From an uncultured Pseudomonadota bacterium (GTDB taxonomy: Bacteria > Pseudomonadota > Alphaproteobacteria > RF32 > CAG-239), in the NCBI GenBank assembly GCA_949295475.1, contig CASFLC010000131.1:1-51780 (forward strand): 51,780 nt of DNA, given 5' to 3'. Under the pieces are notes generated by a model, which searched no databases, was not told where the DNA came from, and worked only from the letters and a program-made list of their open reading frames with translations. A program made the translations under genes and the position numbers. Every line of letters starts with the position of its first letter. The first letter of the stretch is position 1. Positions 17,169 to 26,567 of this stretch are shown here, in pieces.

Positions 17169-17305
17169 GGAGTTCACAACTGTATAACCGAACAGTCCGG
17201 GTTCTTCGTCATGCAGGCATGCTTATTCCCCCGGCTCCCCATTTAAGGAGTTGTTCTTTTGGTTATTTGGAGCTGTGACACTCCGCTGCCCGCTCTCCGG
17301 ACAGC
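17169..17305 (-). ncRNA. candidate structured leader / small RNA (unknown class)
   Basis: Lies between a sigma-70-like promoter and the terminator above. Predicted elements: hairpin ctgtcc/gggcag, hairpin ggag/ctcc, and a three-way junction (P1 ggggag/ctcccc, P2 ccggg/cccgg, P3 actgt/acagt). Confidence 0.3.
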
Positions 17306-17311
17306 AAGGTT

Positions 17312-17339
17312 ATGATATAAAACCGGCAAAAATTTGCAA
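17312..17339 (-). promoter_or_regulatory. candidate sigma-70 promoter
   Basis: Minus strand TTGCAA (17339-17334)-N16-TATCAT (17317-17312), just downstream of the valS terminator. Confidence 0.4.
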
Positions 17340-17340
17340 C

Positions 17341-17369
17341 AAAAAAACTCCCGATGTTTACCGGGAGTT
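17341..17369 (-). terminator. valS intrinsic terminator
   Basis: actcccg / cgggagt stem with an 8-nt loop, followed on the minus strand by a T7 run (17347-17341). Confidence 0.75.
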
Positions 17370-17392
17370 TTGAGGGTACAGTTTGAACGCCC

Positions 17393-20041
17393 CTAAAAAT
17401 TGGCAATGCGCTGCAAGGCTTCTTCCACTTTGGCCTTGTTTTCCAAGGCTTCCGTCTGGCGGCGTTTTTCTTCTTCCACCACCGCGGCCGGCGCCCGTTC
17501 CACAAAGCTGGGGTTGCCCAGTTTGCGAGCGTAACCCTCCAGATTTTTATTAAGGTTTTCAAGCTCTTTGTTCAGGCGTTCCCTCTCGGCGGCAAAATCG
17601 ACCACGCCCTTCAGAGGCAGCAGCAAAACCGCCTCACGGAAAACGCCCTGCGCCATATCGGAGGTTATCTCGCCCGTGTAAATTTCCGCCTTTTCCAGAC
17701 GAGCCAGCGAGCAGATAATCGACGCAAAAGACTGCAGGTGTTCTGCCGAAGCAGCATCGGCGCCTTTGAGATACAAAGTCAATCTGGCTCCGGCCGGAAT
17801 ATTCATTTCCGACCTGAGGGAACGAACTGCCGAAATCAAGTCAATCGTCCAATCAATGTCGTTCATGGCGGCGCTGTCAATGTTTTCAGACTGCGGCCAG
17901 GCGGCATGAATCAGTTTGACATCCCGGTCGGCGGTATTGTTCCACAACTCCGTGGTGATAAAAGGCATAAACGGGTGCAGAATAATCAATATCCGGTCCA
18001 AAACCCAACCAAACGTTGCGCGGGTTTCGGCTTTTTGCGTTTCGTCCTCGCCATAGAGAATCGGCTTTATCATCTCAATATACCAATCGCAGAACGCGCC
18101 CCAGACAAACTGATAAACCGCGTTGGCGGCGTCTGAAAATCTGAAGGCATTGAGATTGGCGGTTACCTGCTCCGTGGCCTCTTTGGCTTTGGCGATAATC
18201 CATTTATTAACCGGATGGCTAACCCCTTTTTCATCAAAACCTTTTACCGGCGCGCAGTTGTTCATCTCGCCAAACCGGGCGGCATTCCACAGCTTGGTGG
18301 CAAAATTGCGGTATCCGGCAATGCGGGCCTCGCTCATATTAATGTCGCGCCCCTGGGTTTCCATGGCAGCCATAAAGAAGCGCAAAGCGTCCGCTCCGTA
18401 TTTTTCTATCGTTTCCATCGGGTCGACGGTGTTGCCTTTGGATTTTGACATCTTGCGGCCCTGCTCGTCGCGGACCAGTCCGTGAATATAGCATTTGCGG
18501 AACGGGACGCGCTTCATCATGTACATGCTCATCATCATCATGCGGGCAACCCAGAAAAAGATGATGTCAAAGGCCGTCACCAAGACAGATGTCGGATAAA
18601 ACGTGTCCAGATATTCGTTTTTATCCGGCCAGCCGAGGGTTGAAAAAGCCCACAATCCGGAAGAGAACCAAGTGTCAAGCACATCGGTTTCCCGACGCAG
18701 TTCGACATGATGTCCGTAATGTTTATCCGCCGCGGCCTGAGCCTCTTCCTCGGTTTCTTCGCAAAAGATTTTGTCATCCGGACCGTACCAAATCGGCATG
18801 CGGTGCCCCCACCACAGCTGGCGGGAAATGCACCACGGCTGGATGTTGCGCATCCACTCAAAATAGGTCTTTTCATAAGATTTGGGAACGAACTGCATTT
18901 CGCCGTCCTCCACTGCCCGGATGGCTTCTTTGGCCAATGTCGGCGCATCGACAAACCACTGGTCGGTCAGCATCGGCTCAATCACTACATTTGAGCGGTC
19001 GCCGTAAGGAATAACCATCGGATGATCTTCTATGCGCTCCATGAGGCCGAGTTCTTCCAGTTTTTCAATGGTCTTTTGGCGTGCCGTCTGGGTATCCATT
19101 CCCGGGAAGGGCGTATTTTCATTCAGCGTGGCGTCCGGATTCAAAATATTTATCAGCGGCAGATTGTGGCGTTTGCCAACCTCAAAATCGTTAAAGTCAT
19201 GAGCAGGCGTAATTTTAACCGCACCGGTTCCTTTTTCGGGATCGGCATGCTCGTCGGCAATAATCGGAATAATCTTGTCAACAATCGGCAAAACTGCGTT
19301 TTTGCCAATCAGATGCTTCAATTTTTCATTGTCCTTACTAACGGCAACCGCGGTATCGCCAAACATGGTTTCGGGACGAGTGGTCGCGATATGGATAAAC
19401 TCACCGGGTTCGCCTTCAATCGGATATTTGTAATAATACATTTTGCCGACGGTCTCTTTTTGGACGACCTCCAGATCGGACACGGCGGTCATAAATTTGG
19501 AATCCCAATTGACCAGTTTTTTGGCTTTGTAAATCAGGCCGTCTTTGTAAAGGTTTACAAAAATTTTGCGAACGGCGCGGCTCAAGCCCTCATCCATAGT
19601 GAAACGCTCGCGGCTCCAGTCGCAGGAAGCGCCCAGACGACGCAGCTGTTTGCAGATGATGCCGCCGGATTGTTCCTTCCACTTCCAGACGGTTTCGATA
19701 AACTTGTCGCGCCCCAAATCATGGCGGGTAATTCCGTCTTTGGCCAGATTTCTTTCAACAACCATCTGGGTGGCTATGCCGGCGTGATCGGTTCCCGGCT
19801 GCCACAACACCTTTTTGCCGAGCATGCGGTTGTAACGGACCAAAATATCCTGGAGCGTATCGTTCAGCGCGTGCCCCATATGCAAAACGCCGGTTACGTT
19901 TGGCGGCGGAATAACGATGGCAAATGCGTCTTTGTCTGCACGCATATCAGATTTGAAATCTCCGGATGCCTCCCAATCGGCATAAATTTTTTCTTCAAAA
20001 TCTTTAGGGTTATAATTTTTTTCCAACATTGTTTTTTCCAT
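17393..20041 (-). CDS. valS: valine--tRNA ligase
   Basis: Class I signatures PPPNVTGVLHMGHA and KMSKSKGN, plus a C-terminal coiled coil. Start set at MEKT... (20041) by analogy with the known ValS N-terminus; 20029 or 20077 are also possible. Confidence 0.95.
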   Translation of the reverse strand: MEKTMLEKNYNPKDFEEKIYADWEASGDFKSDMRADKDAFAIVIPPPNVTGVLHMGHALNDTLQDILVRYNRMLGKKVLWQPGTDHAGIATQMVVERNLAKDGITRHDLGRDKFIETVWKWKEQSGGIICKQLRRLGASCDWSRERFTMDEGLSRAVRKIFVNLYKDGLIYKAKKLVNWDSKFMTAVSDLEVVQKETVGKMYYYKYPIEGEPGEFIHIATTRPETMFGDTAVAVSKDNEKLKHLIGKNAVLPIVDKIIPIIADEHADPEKGTGAVKITPAHDFNDFEVGKRHNLPLINILNPDATLNENTPFPGMDTQTARQKTIEKLEELGLMERIEDHPMVIPYGDRSNVVIEPMLTDQWFVDAPTLAKEAIRAVEDGEMQFVPKSYEKTYFEWMRNIQPWCISRQLWWGHRMPIWYGPDDKIFCEETEEEAQAAADKHYGHHVELRRETDVLDTWFSSGLWAFSTLGWPDKNEYLDTFYPTSVLVTAFDIIFFWVARMMMMSMYMMKRVPFRKCYIHGLVRDEQGRKMSKSKGNTVDPMETIEKYGADALRFFMAAMETQGRDINMSEARIAGYRNFATKLWNAARFGEMNNCAPVKGFDEKGVSHPVNKWIIAKAKEATEQVTANLNAFRFSDAANAVYQFVWGAFCDWYIEMIKPILYGEDETQKAETRATFGWVLDRILIILHPFMPFITTELWNNTADRDVKLIHAAWPQSENIDSAAMNDIDWTIDLISAVRSLRSEMNIPAGARLTLYLKGADAASAEHLQSFASIICSLARLEKAEIYTGEITSDMAQGVFREAVLLLPLKGVVDFAAERERLNKELENLNKNLEGYARKLGNPSFVERAPAAVVEEEKRRQTEALENKAKVEEALQRIANF

Positions 20042-20131
20042 TTTCTGCTTATTATTCTGAAACTTTATCAATTGCAAAATGCCCTCAAATTTTAATTTGG
20101 GGGCATAAATGAAGTGAGGCCGGCGCCGGCA

Positions 20132-21223
20132 TTACCGGTCATCGCCAACCTTTGCCATCACTCGCTCAATCTCTTGTTTGACAATCCGCTCAACCAACGC
20201 CGGCAGATTTTTATCCAGCCATTTTTGGGTTTGTTCGGCAATTTCTTCGCGGGCCAGTTTGTCGTAATCGGCACCCTTGCGCCAGTTTTGAGACACTTCT
20301 TCTCCGATTATCCGGCGGATAACCGAAGCAACGACATCTTCAATCGTCCGATTGGCACTGCCGAGTTCTCTGACCGGTTCGGCAGCCTCAACCTGCTCTT
20401 CCGGTTCGGCAGCCTTTTCGCGCGTAAACATTTTGGCAAAATTGCTGATAATCGATGCGGAAACATCTACCGCATTTTTTTCCGCCGGCATTTCGATACC
20501 GGAATCCGTCCGAAAGTCCCGAGGTTCCGGTTCGGGCTGTTTCTTCGGTTCCTCGTCCTGTTGATAAGCGGGAGCCTGAGGCGCATCCGCTTCAAAATAG
20601 GGCTCGGCTTCGACCTCTTCCAGTGTCGGCAGAATAATTTCCGGTTCCCGTGCGCTTTCCATTATCTTGGCGGGTTCCTCCTGATAAGAGGTTTCCCGAT
20701 AATCGGCATTTTCTGTTTTTTCAACATCAAACGGGTCAGACTCCTCGTCCTGAGGTTCAATTTCGGAAAGTCCCTGAGCATCATCGGCAGGCAATTCTTC
20801 CGTTTCCGTCGAAACAGCCTTTTCGGGTGTCAACTCATTTTCCCCCTCTTCGGGTTCCTCCTCAAAAGCAGCGGCGGGAGCCTCCAGGTTTTCCTGACTA
20901 TTTTCGGGCTCCCCAGAAATACCGTCCAACTCGGCATCCAGATTTATTTCTTCTTCCGAATTGGCAAAATCCTCTATTCGCATGGACGGAGACAAATCAA
21001 GAACGTCATCTTCTTCAACCCGATTTGCGGTTTCAGGTTCGGAAGGTTCGGCCTTTTCCGTTTTGGCGGGCGTCTGAGTTTCGTCACTTTCCGCCCCGGG
21101 AGCTGAAATTTCCGGTTCTTTTTTTTCTTCCTGTTGTTTACCGGAATTTTCATCTTCCGACAAAATATTTTTAATTGAAGATAAAATATCTTCCATGGAA
21201 AGTTCCTGATTGTCTTCAGCCAT
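20132..21223 (-). CDS. popZ: PopZ-like polar organising protein (DUF2497)
   Basis: 363 aa. N-terminal MEDILSSIKNILSEDE helix, a long acidic Pro/Glu-rich linker, and a conserved C-terminus (IEDVVASVIRRIIGEEV...WLDKNLPALVERIVKQEIERV) resembling Caulobacter PopZ. Confidence 0.75.
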   Translation of the reverse strand: MAEDNQELSMEDILSSIKNILSEDENSGKQQEEKKEPEISAPGAESDETQTPAKTEKAEPSEPETANRVEEDDVLDLSPSMRIEDFANSEEEINLDAELDGISGEPENSQENLEAPAAAFEEEPEEGENELTPEKAVSTETEELPADDAQGLSEIEPQDEESDPFDVEKTENADYRETSYQEEPAKIMESAREPEIILPTLEEVEAEPYFEADAPQAPAYQQDEEPKKQPEPEPRDFRTDSGIEMPAEKNAVDVSASIISNFAKMFTREKAAEPEEQVEAAEPVRELGSANRTIEDVVASVIRRIIGEEVSQNWRKGADYDKLAREEIAEQTQKWLDKNLPALVERIVKQEIERVMAKVGDDR

Positions 21224-21312
21224 AATTTACATTCCCGAATATTAACATGAAAGCTATTTTACATAAAATTATCTCATTATCAAGAGCTTCGACAATTTTT
21301 AGCAAAAAAACT

Positions 21313-22686
21313 TTAATTCAGAGCCAGCCATTTGTCCCGGGTTTCTTTATAAAACTTTTTGGGATTATAAATATCTACCCCGAGTTTCAAATCTTCCGCC
21401 GTCAGCTTACCCATCGAAACCAACAAATTCATTACGGAAACGTAATAGTCTCGGCGAGCCGTAACTTCACTGACATTGGAGTTCAGCAATTCCTGATACG
21501 CATCCAAAACATCCAAAATCGTGCGGTTGCCGAGGGCTTCTTCTTTTTGAACTCCGTCCAAAGCTATTTCGTTGGCTTTTATCTGATCTTTGAGCGCCTT
21601 AATCTGCGAAGCATTGGAAATCATATATTCCCAAGCTCTGGAGACGACGGCCTGAACACTGCGCTGAGCCTCCAAAACCTGCTCTTGCGCCTGCCATTTC
21701 TGATATTTGCTCTGGCGGATTTTGGCGCGGTTTTCGCCGGCATCATACAGCGGAATGCTCATATTAACGCCCCACTCAACATTATCGGTTTCAATATCGC
21801 CGTAAATGCTCTGATTGCTGTCATTTTCAACTTTGGAAACAGATCCCTCCAGGCTTATCTGCGGCAACAGCGCTCCGGTATTGGCGTAAACGGTATATGT
21901 TTGCGAATCAAGCATGTGTTTGGCCTGGCGAATGGTGTAATTGTTATCCATCGCGACATTCAACGCTTCCTCATAATTTTTTGGCAAAAAATCCCTGATT
22001 TGAGCAGGATCTTCAAGCTTTTCCGGCTTGGAACCGATAATCTGCGTATAAGTCGCCTTGGAAGCTTCAAGATTTCCTTCCGAGGCAATGCGGTCCGACA
22101 TTGCCTGAGAATAACGCGCCTGAGCCTGAGACACGTCGGTGCGGGTTACCTCGCCGACATTAAAGCGCTGCTGAGTTTCATCCAGACGTTTTTTCAGCAA
22201 TTTCTCGTTGTTTTTCTGCAGTTCGACAATGGCGGTATCCCGGTAAACGTCCAGATAAGCTGTGGCGGCCTGCAAAAAAATGTCCTGCTCCACATTATAC
22301 AAATTATTTTGCTCGGCACGAACCTGACTGTCCGCCGCTTTAACCGAGTTTACCGTTGAAAAACCGCTGAAAACCGGCTGCGAAATTCTGGCGGCCACAC
22401 TCCCTGTATGACTGTCGCCGTCCCCCACGCGATAAGCCCCGCGATCAGAATCAACATTGCTTTTAGTTTCTCCGTAAGAGCCGTCCAGACTGACAGTCGG
22501 ACGGTATCCCGACTTGGCTATTGCAACATTTTCATCAATGCTGCGCAGGTATGCGCGCTGTGCCTGAAGGGTCGGGTTGGTATTGTAAGTTTCGCTCAAG
22601 GCCTCAAAAATATTCTGGGCGCGGGCCGTTCCGCTCAAACTTAAGGCGGTTGCCAGCATCAGACCGGCCATAAAGGAGTTCTTCAT
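21313..22686 (-). CDS. tolC: TolC-family outer membrane efflux/type I secretion protein
   Basis: 457 aa with a signal peptide (ALSLSGTARA-QN) and two OEP repeats with typical coiled regions. Confidence 0.88.
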   Translation of the reverse strand: MKNSFMAGLMLATALSLSGTARAQNIFEALSETYNTNPTLQAQRAYLRSIDENVAIAKSGYRPTVSLDGSYGETKSNVDSDRGAYRVGDGDSHTGSVAARISQPVFSGFSTVNSVKAADSQVRAEQNNLYNVEQDIFLQAATAYLDVYRDTAIVELQKNNEKLLKKRLDETQQRFNVGEVTRTDVSQAQARYSQAMSDRIASEGNLEASKATYTQIIGSKPEKLEDPAQIRDFLPKNYEEALNVAMDNNYTIRQAKHMLDSQTYTVYANTGALLPQISLEGSVSKVENDSNQSIYGDIETDNVEWGVNMSIPLYDAGENRAKIRQSKYQKWQAQEQVLEAQRSVQAVVSRAWEYMISNASQIKALKDQIKANEIALDGVQKEEALGNRTILDVLDAYQELLNSNVSEVTARRDYYVSVMNLLVSMGKLTAEDLKLGVDIYNPKKFYKETRDKWLALN

Positions 22687-22883
22687 TCTTTCACCTCAAA
22701 AATTGCATTAATTGGCGTGATTATATCCAGTTACGTTTGAATTTACAACTAAATTTATTAAAAAACTTATAATTCTGACTGTAAACTTTAACGGAAAATA
22801 ATTATATTATTAACCATATTTCAAACAATTCCTTTTAGGGTTGAGGATAATTCCGTATTTTTGCATGCAAGGAGTAGATTAAG

Positions 22884-25343
22884 GTGAAAAAGAATTCCGC
22901 CATCATCAACGAAATTGACCGCGCCCGGCTCAAACTTTCCATAGAACATTATATCAAATATTTTATCGGAAAAAGGACTTGCGAAATCAATAAAGACGAA
23001 GCCTTGGAGGCTATTGCGCTGGCCGTGCGCGAATTTGCGATGGACAAGATGTATGAAACCATCGCCCGCTACAACAAGTGCAATTCGAAAAGAATATATT
23101 ACCTCTCCATTGAATATCTCATCGGGCGCTCGCTGGAAAACAACCTGCACAATCTCGGTTTGTTTGACATTCTCAAAAGCATTAAAATCGACGGATTGCC
23201 GGATATTTCTCTGGAAGAAATTTTTGATACCGAATATGATCCGGCGCTCGGCAACGGCGGACTTGGTCGTCTGGCCGCCTGTTATTTGGATTCAATGGCT
23301 TCGCTGGGCATCCCCGGTTTCGGTTACGGTATTAACTATCAATTCGGTCTTTTTAAACAAAAATTCGAAAACGGCTACCAGGTCGAACAGGCCGACAGTT
23401 GGCAGGGCGAAGATTCACCTTGGCAGTTTGCCCGGCTGGACCGGATTGTCAAAATTCCGATTTACGGCGAAGTGGAAACCCTGGAAAGTCCCAACGGACA
23501 GAAAAACTTTATCTGGATGAACACCAAAACCCTGTACGGCGTGCCGTTTGATTTTCCGATTGTCGGCTACGAGGGCAAGTCCGTCAACTATCTTCGCCTG
23601 TTCTCAGCCAAAACCGACGACGAACTTGACATCAACATCTTTAACGAAGGCGGCTATATCGAAGCCATGAAAGAAAAAATCGAAACCGAAACGATTTCCA
23701 AGGTTTTGTATCCGTCTGACGCCGTAGAATCCGGCAAGGAACTGCGCCTCAAACAGCAATACTTTTTTGCGTCCTGCGCCATTCAGGACATCGTCCGCCG
23801 CTTTTTGGAAAAGAGCAATGATTTCAGCCAGCTGCCCGAAAAAGTCGTTATTCAGCTTAATGACACGCATCCGGCCATTGCCATTGCCGAACTGATGCGC
23901 GTTTTGGTCGACGAACACGGACAAGAATGGGACAAGGCCTGGGACATTACGACAAAAGTATTCGCCTATACCAACCATACGCTGCTGCCGGAAGCGCTCG
24001 AGACCTGGCCTTCCCGCATTTTGGGAAAAATGCTGCCGCGACACTTGCAGATTATCTACGAAATCAACCGCCGCTTTATTGAATTTGCCAAGTCAAAATT
24101 CGGCGATGATCACGCCAAGCTGGACAAGGTCTCGATTGTTCACGGAGACGGCGACAACCAGATTATCCGCATGGCCAATCTTTCGATTGTCGGCTCCTTT
24201 TCCGTCAACGGCGTGGCCAAAATCCATTCCGAGCTGATTAAAACCTCGCTGGTTCCGGAATTTTATGAGCTTTGGCCGGAAAAATTCCACAACATTACCA
24301 ACGGCATTACGCCGCGGCGCTGGCTGCAGCATGCCAACACCGCGCTGGCAGACCTGATTACCTCCAAAATCGGAGACGAATGGGTGACCAATCTGCCGCT
24401 GCTGCGGGGACTGGAAGATTATGCCAAAGACAAAAAATTCATCAAAGACTTTTCAGCCATTAAAATTGCCAACAAAAACCGGCTGGCAAAAGTCGTCTTT
24501 AAAGCAACCGGCGTGATGATTAACCCGGAAAGCATGTATATCGTCCATGCCAAACGCATTCACGAATACAAACGCCAGTTGATGACAATTTTGCAGGTTA
24601 TCGGCGATTATCTTGACATCATTAAAGACAATATCCGTCCGGCAACGTCCAAAACCTATATTTTTGCCGGAAAGGCCGCACCATCCTACAATTTTGCCAA
24701 GCTTATCATCAAGCTGATTAACAATGTGGCCGATGTTGTCAACAACGATCCGCGCGTCAATGACATGCTCAAGGTGGTCTTTGTTCCGGACTACAAAGTT
24801 TCGCTGGCGGAAGTTTTGATTCCGGCCGCCGACGTCAGCATTCAGTCCTCAACCGCCGGATTTGAAGCCAGCGGCACCGGCAATATGAAATTTGCGCTCA
24901 ACGGCGCGCTGACCGTCGGGACACTGGACGGCGCCAACATCGAAATCCGTGAAGAAGTCGGCGAAGAAAACTTTTATCTCTTCGGCCTGACCGAGCAGGA
25001 AATTCATGAAAAACGGGCAACATACAATCCCAAAGAGATTTATGAAAACAACAATTACATCAAACGGATTTTGAACGCCGTCAACTCCAACCTCTTTTGC
25101 GAAAAAGATTATGTGCTGCTGTTTAAGCCCATTTTCGAAGAATTGGTCAACCGAGACTACTTCTTTGTTCTGGCAGACTTGCAAGCTTTTGACAAGAAGC
25201 TGGAAGAGGTTGAAAAAGACTTCTTAAACAAAGAGGTCTGGGCTAGAAAAGCTATTCTAAATGTTGCCCGAATCGGTAAGTTTTCTTCTGACCGGGCGGT
25301 TATGGAGTACACCAAAGATATTTGGCACATTGCCCCTTGTTAG
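22884..25343 (+). CDS. glgP: glycogen/alpha-glucan phosphorylase
   Basis: 819 aa, GTG start. PLP-site motif EASGTGNMKFALNG, and GNGGLGRLAAC. Confidence 0.95.
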   Translation: MKKNSAIINEIDRARLKLSIEHYIKYFIGKRTCEINKDEALEAIALAVREFAMDKMYETIARYNKCNSKRIYYLSIEYLIGRSLENNLHNLGLFDILKSIKIDGLPDISLEEIFDTEYDPALGNGGLGRLAACYLDSMASLGIPGFGYGINYQFGLFKQKFENGYQVEQADSWQGEDSPWQFARLDRIVKIPIYGEVETLESPNGQKNFIWMNTKTLYGVPFDFPIVGYEGKSVNYLRLFSAKTDDELDINIFNEGGYIEAMKEKIETETISKVLYPSDAVESGKELRLKQQYFFASCAIQDIVRRFLEKSNDFSQLPEKVVIQLNDTHPAIAIAELMRVLVDEHGQEWDKAWDITTKVFAYTNHTLLPEALETWPSRILGKMLPRHLQIIYEINRRFIEFAKSKFGDDHAKLDKVSIVHGDGDNQIIRMANLSIVGSFSVNGVAKIHSELIKTSLVPEFYELWPEKFHNITNGITPRRWLQHANTALADLITSKIGDEWVTNLPLLRGLEDYAKDKKFIKDFSAIKIANKNRLAKVVFKATGVMINPESMYIVHAKRIHEYKRQLMTILQVIGDYLDIIKDNIRPATSKTYIFAGKAAPSYNFAKLIIKLINNVADVVNNDPRVNDMLKVVFVPDYKVSLAEVLIPAADVSIQSSTAGFEASGTGNMKFALNGALTVGTLDGANIEIREEVGEENFYLFGLTEQEIHEKRATYNPKEIYENNNYIKRILNAVNSNLFCEKDYVLLFKPIFEELVNRDYFFVLADLQAFDKKLEEVEKDFLNKEVWARKAILNVARIGKFSSDRAVMEYTKDIWHIAPC

Positions 25344-25373
25344 CCTCCCTGTTCTTTTTCTTTCAAAGGATGC

Positions 25374-25405
25374 AAAAAGCCCCGGAATGTTCAGTTCCGG
25401 GGTTT
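25374..25405. terminator. bidirectional intrinsic terminator
   Basis: aaaaagccccggaa tgttcag ttccggggttt, between convergent glgP and the J-domain gene. Confidence 0.7.
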
Positions 25406-25427
25406 GCAATATACCGTTTTTTTCATA

Positions 25428-26567
25428 TCAGTTATTGACAATCTGGCTAAACTCCGGAATCGGCAAACCTGTTCCCTGCTGCAGCATTTCCTGGCGGACA
25501 AATCCCATTTCACCGTTATCAATCATGACGCGCGCCCAAACGTTATCCGGACTCAGACCGGTCAATCGTACGGTTGTGCGGGCGGGAAGCTCCTTCATTA
25601 CGTCAAAGTCATCGGACGGACCGTACATGATTTTGACTTTTTGACGCAGGTGATAAAGTCTGCTGCTGTCGGCTCGGTCAACCGGAATGTTGAGAATTTT
25701 TCCGACAACGACATCATCTACACTGCGTCCTCGGTTGCCAAAGTTGACTTCCTGATAATAACTGATTTCGTTTTTTTTTGAAAAATAATCCCACAACTCG
25801 CTTTCCGTCAGATAAACTGCTCCGCCGGAAAAAAGCGGTAACAACAGCAATATTCCGGGAATAATCAACTGTACCAGGCGAAGGGCGGCAAAATTCCATG
25901 CTTTGGGCCGGGGAATCCGCTGATTAAGCAAGGCGATAAACTTTTGCAGGCAGGATTTTTGTCCGGCATCGGCATAATCCAGCGCCATAACGGCCGAAGC
26001 GGCAGCCGAAGCAAAATCCTTTTCGTGCCAATAGGCAACCGCGTTATGACTCAAAAGCTGCAGATTGGCGGTTTTGTTGTCAACCTCTTTAAAATTTTGT
26101 ACCAGTGCGCGCGGCGTTTTCAGAAGTCCCGCGGCACTCCACCAGCCCAGCAGCCAATTTTTTGCGGAAAACTTAAAGGTTTGCTTTAGTGCGTCGCGGT
26201 AACCACAGACAATCCGCGGATGCAAAACAAGCGTTTTCCAGATTTGTCCGCGGACGTTCGTCGGCGTCAAAACCCGTAAATCAATCTCCTCTGTCTCCGA
26301 TTTTATCGGCTGAATATTTTCCAAATCCGGAAACGTTTTTTCATCATATACCTGTGACAAGATATCATACACCAAACGCGTCGTTTCGTCCTGCAGCACT
26401 TCATAGGCAGAAGAAAGTTTTTGAAAAACCTCCAACGCGTTTTCGGCCTTGTTGTGATCGGGGTGCCAAACCTTTGCCAAATCGCGGTATCGGCGTTTTA
26501 TTTCTTCGCCCGAAGCTGACGGCGAAACATTCAAAATCCGATAATATCCCAGTGCATCTTTTGTCAT
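25428..26567 (-). CDS. J-domain membrane protein with C-terminal SH3b-like domain
   Basis: 379 aa. N-terminal DnaJ J-domain with HPD (YYRILNV...WHPDHNK), a central hydrophobic segment (LVQLIIPGILLLLPLF) and a C-terminal SH3-like region. Its start abuts the stop of the upstream gene. Confidence 0.7.
   Translation of the reverse strand: MTKDALGYYRILNVSPSASGEEIKRRYRDLAKVWHPDHNKAENALEVFQKLSSAYEVLQDETTRLVYDILSQVYDEKTFPDLENIQPIKSETEEIDLRVLTPTNVRGQIWKTLVLHPRIVCGYRDALKQTFKFSAKNWLLGWWSAAGLLKTPRALVQNFKEVDNKTANLQLLSHNAVAYWHEKDFASAAASAVMALDYADAGQKSCLQKFIALLNQRIPRPKAWNFAALRLVQLIIPGILLLLPLFSGGAVYLTESELWDYFSKKNEISYYQEVNFGNRGRSVDDVVVGKILNIPVDRADSSRLYHLRQKVKIMYGPSDDFDVMKELPARTTVRLTGLSPDNVWARVMIDNGEMGFVRQEMLQQGTGLPIPEFSQIVNN

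Noticed and set aside
17110-17340. Resemblance to SRP RNA (guccggag...gcagc), RNase P (agtccggg) or tmRNA
   Set aside because: Only short partial matches are present. There is no GGAA tetraloop or AGCAGC symmetric-loop context, the region is far too short for RNase P, and there is no tag ORF or T-arm/CCA end for tmRNA.
19022-22359. Long antisense ORFs 19022..20095 (357 aa), 20114..21106 (330 aa) and 21247..22359 (370 aa)
   Set aside because: They lie opposite valS, popZ and tolC respectively, all of which carry strong family signatures. The antisense frames are Phe/Arg/Leu-rich artefacts of codon bias and acidic repeats.
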